The notes beneath the pieces are model-generated. The model did no database searches, was not told the DNA's origin, and saw only the letters and a program-made list of their open reading frames with translations. Below, piece by piece: positions 56,398-64,000 of a DNA stretch of 64,000 bases. How positions within the stretch are numbered: the stretch's first letter is position 1; each line of letters starts with the position of its first letter. The position numbers were made by a program, and so were the translations under genes. Origin of the DNA: the human T2T-CHM13v2.0 reference genome, Homo sapiens. Where the stretch lies: NCBI RefSeq assembly GCF_009914755.1, contig NC_060928.1; one strand, 5' to 3'.

Positions 56398-58453
56398 TCA
56401 TATTTGAGTTTTGTAGCAGAAATTTAGATTAGTGACTATCTGCATATACTGTTTACTTGCATAAGTTAACTAGCACTTACAATTTGTTAATGGATAAAGA
56501 CAGGTTTAATATATATGGCTGAATGATGGTAATATAATTCTCACAAATTATGATGTTTATTTTTCCTTTAAAAAGCTTACAAAATACAGAAAAACATGTA
56601 TACATTTCTTAATATATTTTTCCCCACCTGTTAAGCTTGGAGAAAACAGAAAAACAAAAATTTTTAAGAGAAAGTTGAAAACCATCTAGGACCTAGACAG
56701 TTTATGGCATAACCACCTTTCACTTTCCTATGTTGTGTTTTATTTTAAAATGTGGTTTCTTTTTCTTTTTGGATGACTGTTAAAATATAAAAAATACAGA
56801 AAAGCACAAGGACAAGATTTAGTTAACAGCCCCATCCTTCCAACAAACACAAAACTCATTTGAAAGAAAATTCAGTAAATCAATGGACTCATATTTAGCT
56901 TATAGATAATTAAACTCCCCACGTTTTCATTTAGATTGCTGCTATTTTTTGTATCCAAGTTGCATGCAATCTTCTACTTTGAAATGTTGGAAAAGCTACA
57001 AGTACAGAATGACAAGACACTAAGTGTAATTCCCAAATTTAAGGGAAGTATACTAAAGATCTATCACTATCCCTTAAGGTGAACTCAATGTTCGCTGATT
57101 TCAGCTATACAACTCCACATTCTCATTTAATCTACCACGAGAGAATCTTTTTAAATTCTCACTTCTAATTTATCATAACTTTCTATATTTTATATATGTT
57201 TATAGATGACCATAAAATTATCTTTGCAACCAGAATATAAACAGATGAATAGATTATAGAAGGTGGAAGGAGTAAAAAATGTAGATAGATATCCTGAAAA
57301 AAAATTATAATTATTTTTAAAATTTTTTACTTTACTACTTGAAAAACATTTTATCAATCAGGTTGAGCATAGAGTAAAACCAATAATCTACAAACAGCAA
57401 TAAATTATTGGGCCCAGTTCACATCATCCTTGAAGCAGCATTGGATTTAGCAAAAGTAGCATTACCCAAAGGTAGAGAACCAAAAGAAGAAAAGGGAAAA
57501 CTTACAAGACATCAAGGTTTAACATATGCCTCTCCCAGTCAAAAAAAAAAGGATTATAGCTCTCAGAGTATACACCTGGACTATATCCCTCCATTGGCTC
57601 TTCCAGCCAATCCAGAGGAATTACTCCAAAATGGGTCTCTCTGTTTTGTGGTAGGAGCTTCCTTATTCTTCCCCCTGATACTTGTACTCAAACAAAAACC
57701 ACTGCCCTGGGCTGACTGCTACCATTCCAAGTCCTGGGATATCTGGTCATGCTGCTATCACCAAGGAAAATGCAAAAAGGGATACCATGAGAGTATGGTG
57801 GCTTCAGGTTGTGATCATTCATTAAAATACACCATGGTACCCAGAAAACTCTTTCACCATCTTAAAGGCAGTTGTTCCTTCCTCTACTTCCATGAATATA
57901 AACATATCTGTACACTGAACCCATACTGATAATTACCACATACCTACTCTATGGAACTTGGAAGAAGCCCTCATTCAAGCCAACAATCCATTTTTAGGGA
58001 AGGTGCTCTCTACAGCCCCAAGAACACTGATGCCATAATTATATTGCATTACACAAAGTGAAAATATTTTGTTGTATTTGCTGTATTCTATATTTACTTT
58101 CATGATTATTTTCCAGCTTGATTCCATCATAATTTTCCATGACTAAAATATGTGTTTCATATACAATATATTATACAGTATATATATAACCTATAGAATA
58201 TACATATTTATTTAAGCAAATTATATAAAATAGAAAATATGTTAAAAATGAGATACCACTGGAAAATCAAATGGAATTCAAATTAACAGTACTCATATTG
58301 AAGACTAATTAGATGGTAAAATATTTTGACTCAGACTTATTTCTGTAATTAAAGTCTTTAAGGAAATGATTATAACTAAGACACTTTCATCATCTGGAAT
58401 CACGTTTAAAACATAATGAAAGTAAAACAACAGAACTTTTTTCTTTTTTTTAC

Positions 58454-58632
58454 CATGGGAAAAGCTACACGTGACAGCAGCTGCCATCTTCTGAGGACAC
58501 ACCCCACCCTGCCAGATGTCTTTTTCACAAAGCAGTATATTTTCTTCATCTCCTCGGCAACGGACATTGCTCCAATAAATGGGAATAAGGCCCAGTCCAG
58601 AAAACGGGGTTTGTTTTGCTATTCCTTTTCCT
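58454..58632 (-). CDS. PRSS12: Neurotrypsin exon 3 (SRCR1 second half)
   Basis: GKGIAKQTPFSGLGLIPIYWSNVRCRGDEENILLC...AAAVTCSFSH; CAG acceptor, GTAAAA donor; 179 nt. Confidence 0.96.
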
Positions 58633-60744
58633 CTGGAAGTACAATGAGCGATATTAGGTTTATCAAATGTAGGCAAAACTTTTTATCAAAACATTTGGAT
58701 TTGAAAAAAAATGGAAGAAATCAACAAAGATGAATATGGAAGAAACAAAGAAAGAAAGAAGAAAAACACAAAAGACTACATCAGTTTCAAGGAAATCAAA
58801 ACATCAGATCACAACGTGGTTTGCCTACTTATGGAATTCTTTTCATCAATCTTAAATAACTACTTTATGTGCCTTTACCACCAATGACTGATTGAGAAGA
58901 AAATGGCCAAGTACTGCAGACATAAAAAGTAAGGCTGTGTGCAAGAGGTGTGTCACGAGCTTCAGTGAGGCTTGGACTCCAGTCTGGGCTCAGCTAAAAG
59001 TCATGCCAAGCTGCAAGTAACTCGAAGGCTTTGTCTTCTAATGTGTCAAAAGAAAAATCTGGATGCTTGAAGATTCTTTCTGACTCTAACATTCTAGGCT
59101 AGCATTTTCAAAATTATTATTACTACATCTAAGCACAATAATATCACGGGAGGCAATCCATTTATAATTTTTAAAACCTTACACTGTATATAGTATTTGC
59201 TAGCAAGCCTTTGAAACCAATTAATAACATAGCAACATGCATCTCTTTCCTAACACCAGGAGAGTATTTTTAAAAGAAAAAATGAAAATAATAGCATACA
59301 GACGGGTTCTGCTTTTAGCTCATCTAATCCACATATTTTTGTAAGTAACCTCTGCTGTGTACAAACTGGCATTAAATTTTAAAAAAGGTGAAATGCTTAT
59401 CTGATTAACATGGTAATCTCTACAACTGTCTCCATGCTGCAGCATTCCATCAACCAAACTGTAAATATTTGGGGTATATCTAAAATGTAAATGTGTCTTC
59501 ACAGCAATAAAGCTGGGTTTCTCTGATTTTATCGTGCAATTCCTTTTTTTTTTAAATGGACTACTGAGAGATGATACTATATAAGCAGCTGGATCAGCTT
59601 ATCTGAAGTTTGTTTGCAGAATAATAGTTTACATACTTTCATCAATCAAAAGACTAATAAACCACACAGTAGTTCACACCTCCACTATAGCGTTCTTGTT
59701 TCTTTGTATCTCACAGAAAATTTTATTCCTTTCTGATTTTCCGGGGTAATAAAAGCACAAATAGGTATGTATATAAAGGAAGACATTGACATCAGCCTAC
59801 AAATTTATTACATCTCTTGCCCCTCAAAGGAAAAAGCATGAAATCATCATTCTTTGTGACCTGCCCACTTGCCAATTGTCTGTTTGCCAGACTAAGTATT
59901 CATGATAAAATCAGTAATTAACATTTCCAAGCACCATAACACTTTATAGGCTCTGGCCTTACTCCTTCGTTCATCCTGATTTATATCAACTCATCAAAAT
60001 AATTAATTTTAATTTACTATAATAACCCTATTTATTGCTCTAACAGCATCAAAAATCTAAGCAAAATTTAGGCCTTCAAGCTTTGCTTTTATTCAATACT
60101 CATTCCTCAGCTTCCTAGTGGTAAGACAAGAGAAATCTGGTAAATTAAAGTTCTACTTCTTCATTTTGTGTCATCATATTACCACTCTGATTATTAATGC
60201 AAAATACTTGCAAACTGCAAACCTCTTTTTCAGTCTTTTAGACTGTATTTTTTTAATAACAAAATATTTCCATGCTTTCTAAAGACCTCTGGTGATAAAG
60301 GCCAAGAAAAAACATATGTTAAGTGCGCTTAGAAAATATAAAGGAGACACAAAAACAAAAGAATAAGAAAAACAAAAATAAAACCTGTTGTCCCAAAAAG
60401 AAGCCTTCTGCTCCTGGTGAAACTCTATGGCACAAGGAATAAAGATGCTGGGACTGATGAATTCAAAATACACTGACTTGTCGTAAAGACAGTGCCTAGG
60501 GTTACAGTGGAGCCAGTTCCCAGGCTGACAGCTCCTCAGGACAGCAGGACACTGCCAGAGCTAACAGAAGCTGCCATCTTCCACAAGACCTCCTCAGCAC
60601 CAAAACCTAAGGCCTGGGACATCACCACTTCCCCATCAAGGACAAGGGCACAGGTAAACATTGCCCCTTTCACACACAAATGGAACTTGTGGGTGGATAA
60701 AAGTAGAAAGGTAAAATCAAATGACAACAACAAGTTAAGGCTGT

Positions 60745-60840
60745 GCTAATTAATTAATTATAATTAATAATTAGAATAATTATAATTAATTCATTATAAT
60801 TCTAAGAAATTATAATTTTTAGAATCAAATTCTTAGAATT
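60745..60840. repeat. AT-rich low-complexity, quasi-palindromic tract
   Basis: Repeated TAATTA/ATTATAAT units. Confidence 0.8.
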
Positions 60841-61156
60841 TGTAAAGGCATAACTTGCTTCAAAGGCCTCTGTATTTTGTTAAAGACAAAGACCAAAAGA
60901 TGCTTTTAAATTTGCCCACTTAGTATTTGCCCATTTTCCTAGTTCAGCCCAGATAGTAATATGTGAAGTACATTTGCATGTGAGAGAATTCATTTCTTCC
61001 ATTTGGGGCCCTTTCTTTATAGCTCTTTTGTGAAAAGTGAGAATGAGGAAAGTGACAGTAAGAAACAAAGATACAAGCTTTACAAAGCAATGACGGGCAC
61101 CCAGCATTATTCTCAAATACTAGCTGACTGATTTGGTCAGGGATGGGTACACTCAC

Positions 61157-61295
61157 CCCAGCTGCAGCTGGTGACAAATGACTGATGCATCAGAATCATC
61201 CCAGTGGCTGCTACAGACAGTGCCCCAAACTCCACTTGCATATACTTCCACTGTGCCTTCAAACTCATTTTTGCCGCCACGAAGTCGTACTGATC
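61157..61295 (-). CDS. PRSS12: Neurotrypsin exon 2 (SRCR1 first half); exon 1 lies beyond the window
   Basis: [46 protein letters not shown]; TAG acceptor, GTGAGT donor; 139 nt; missed by the ORF track. Confidence 0.96.
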
Positions 61296-63621
61296 CTAAA
61301 GTGGAAAAGAATCCCAAAACCCTTTAATAGTAAATAATCATTTGAACATATTGAGCCAGTCCTGGGTTAACATGATTTTTAAACTTAAGTAGTAAGGGAT
61401 CCAGGCAGAATGATTTAGCCTCCACTGTGTGTGGCATGTGTTTCTTCCTTTAAGTGAGGATTTAGCAAGCTCCTTCTTTTTTGTAATTAACATCCTGACG
61501 TCAATGCTAATTATATTTTCTTTTTTATCTAGGCAAACAGACAGTCCTATTATAATTTTTTTCTTTATTCCAATATCTCCTCATCAAGAAGCAACCACTG
61601 TAATTTTCAAAGGGGGAAAAAGTGGAAGAATGACTAATATCAGATCTTGTATCTCAAATAATAGATTACATCACATATGAAGTTTTTATCATTTATTACC
61701 TTCCTCTTCTCATGAGGTCATCAATAAGAAACACAGAAACAAAATTAAATGTTCTGCATATGAATTAGCTGTAATTAGCTGTGTTATATCTTCCATTTGA
61801 TTTGTTCATCCACTAAGGAAAAATAAAATGTGTTTTCCCCTTTTAACTTTCAGTAGTAGTCATTAAAATTCTGAAGATTATGTCCATAATCTTCATTTTG
61901 AAAATACTGCCTAATGCTAGTCTTGGAAAAATAGCCACTAGGTAGTATGTATAATTGAATGCCCCTGGAAACTCACCTCCTCTAATATACCACACCCAAA
62001 GAGCTGTCCCAAAGTCCACAATTTAAGTCATTCCTTTCAGTCTTTAAAAGAGCCAAGATTTAAATTCAAGCACCCTTAGGAAAGATAACACTTTGGTCTT
62101 ATTCCTTAAGTGTGGTTCAAAGACCTACATTCCTCTTCTCATTGGGACTGGTTCCAGAGCAGGCACTGGGAGGTAGCAAGTGGGACAACTGAGCAGAGAC
62201 AGAATTAACCTCAGACAACTTAAGAATTGCATAAAATTCTGTTTAAAATCACCTACAATGGCCTTTCACAGGTAAGAAAATTAAGAAATTAATTTAAAAA
62301 ATCAATCCTACCCAAAAAATCTAGCATAATTTGCATATTTCAAAGTTATGTATGGCTTCATAATAACTTCCAAAAATATTAGATTCACAAAGTATCCATT
62401 CATTTCATTTGTACAGGCTTAGTCATCCACCACTATTATTTTCCACATCATCATCCTTTAAAAATGTAAGCATTTAAGAAAAACATATTATATTTCTCAC
62501 GACAAAAACAAAGTCTCATTTAATTCAAACAAAAGGCAATAATAAATGGAGGTGAGCATTGTACAGTACTGCCAAATCCTGACTATTCAGGAATGAACAG
62601 GGCATGGGTCATTCATATGACAAATCATCTAAAACTCATTCATATATTCTAAACTTCTTTAATTCACAGTAAGCAAGAGGAAGTCCTGCCTAGCTCAGTG
62701 AAGTATGAACTACAGAATATTTTTAAGGAAGTATTTCTGAAGAGTTCAACTGATCTTTAATGATTTTTTATATCACAAAATCTCTTCTACAGAGGTCCAC
62801 GTAATATTATGCACATCACAAATGCCAGCAGTTTATTTTAGTCAAAGAATTCATTTGTTGACCTCAAGCAAACTTTATTTGAACTGATATTTAATCTATT
62901 ATTTCTTTACTAATTCCTCCCCTTAATCACGAAGTTACTCAGGTCAAAAGGGCTGGAAGATAGTTCTAGTAATGAAAACAAACGAAATGTGTACTTATGC
63001 ACATTAAGTGATCATAAGATTTAAAATAGTGTCTACATCAAAAAGCTATCAAGAAGAAATGATGTACACATGAATCTAAATGATTGAGGCACTTAGAGGT
63101 GAGAAGGAGAAAATCCTGAGTAAAGTATAATTATGACCATAACAATATAATAGCAATGATAGAGCTGGAAATAGTTTCCAGGTCAACTATCAGCTGCACC
63201 ATCATTTTCTCTAACGCTCCAAGCACACTGTGAAAGCCTGGATTCATTTAGCAGTATCTGCTATATGGCAAGAAATGTGCAGTGCTCATCCAATTTTCCT
63301 TTAACAAATGAAGACAAATATTTGCAATTCTTAAAAGGCAATTTGCATGTCAATGACTAATGAATTCTATGTCAGATTCCACTCCAGGCACAGCCAGCCC
63401 CAACACACACCTTCCTAACAGTGTCCTCCACATGGTTTATCCTTTCCTAAGGGCCATAAAAATGTCTATTCGGAGGAAACCATCTACCTAGGACTCAGAA
63501 TGAGTATTTATATCATTCTATAAAGCTCAATTCTTCTAATAATTATTTGAAACAACTTTTTTAAAAACAGCATTCAAATATGCTCTAAAAGACTAAAAGT
63601 TTGAACACACGATTCATTCTA

Positions 63622-64000
63622 TTGTAGGAGCCAAGAGCACTTTCTCTGCCTTCTGAAGGTTCACTGACAAGAGGCATACTATTAGGATAAAAGGCATATA
63701 AATTTATTTGATCGTGGTTTTACGTGACGTGGGAGCCTTTAGAATGAGGACCCAAAGCTATAGGAGATACTGCCCATTTTTATGTTCAGGTTTAACAAAG
63801 TGTGGTCAGCCACGTAGAAATATGTTTGGACAAAATGGGTAGGATCTAATCTCAATAGACTGAGTGGGGAAACCCAGTAAGGCTTATCAGTTTAGATTTT
63901 TCTTGGCCTCTTTGAGTTTTGTTTTGTTTTTTTCTGGGTATGGAGAAGAACCCTCTCTGGAATGGGGGTCTTATGTAATCAAACAAGGTAGGTCAGATAA
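63622..64000 (-). mobile_element. ERV1-class LTR (MER31/MER67-like), runs off the window
   Basis: GGGAGCCTTTAGAATGAGGACCCAAAG and TAGACTGAGTGGGGAAACCCAG motifs recalled from MER4-group LTRs. Confidence 0.6.

Noticed and set aside
56358-56415. Repeat-spacer-repeat resembling a mini CRISPR
   Set aside because: Only two repeats, eukaryotic DNA, no cas genes; better explained as a TSD around a U6 fragment
57408-57929. 173-aa plus-strand ORF
   Set aside because: TTG start, runs through an A-tract, no recognisable homology; antisense in a PRSS12 intron

Overview
Human/primate genomic DNA (Alu-rich, AT-rich introns), recognisable as the SNHG8/SNORA24-PRSS12 locus (chr4q26 from recall). On the + strand, a CpG-island promoter (TATA-like box, pyrimidine-rich 5'TOP-like start) drives the 4-exon snoRNA host gene SNHG8 (~1734-2800), whose intron 2 holds the H/ACA snoRNA SNORA24 (2166-2296). 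On the - strand lie exons 2-13 of PRSS12 (neurotrypsin/motopsin): four SRCR domains, each split over two exons, and a trypsin-like protease domain. I traced all 12 exons by GT/AG boundaries and phase. They join into one open frame of 2126 nt; exon 1 is outside the window. The two genes end tail-to-tail ~220 nt apart. The rest is intron with Alu, L1, LTR and DNA-transposon relics. I found no convincing new multi-gene system. The most interesting observations are small: a 22-nt tailless U6 snRNA retrocopy in a perfect 18-bp target-site duplication, isoform-dependent small ORFs in SNHG8, an inverted Alu cluster built on one triplicated target site, a clean twin-primed L1, a possible L1 3' transduction, and a degenerate first SRCR module. 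Repeat subfamily calls are from memory of consensus sequences, not from a search.
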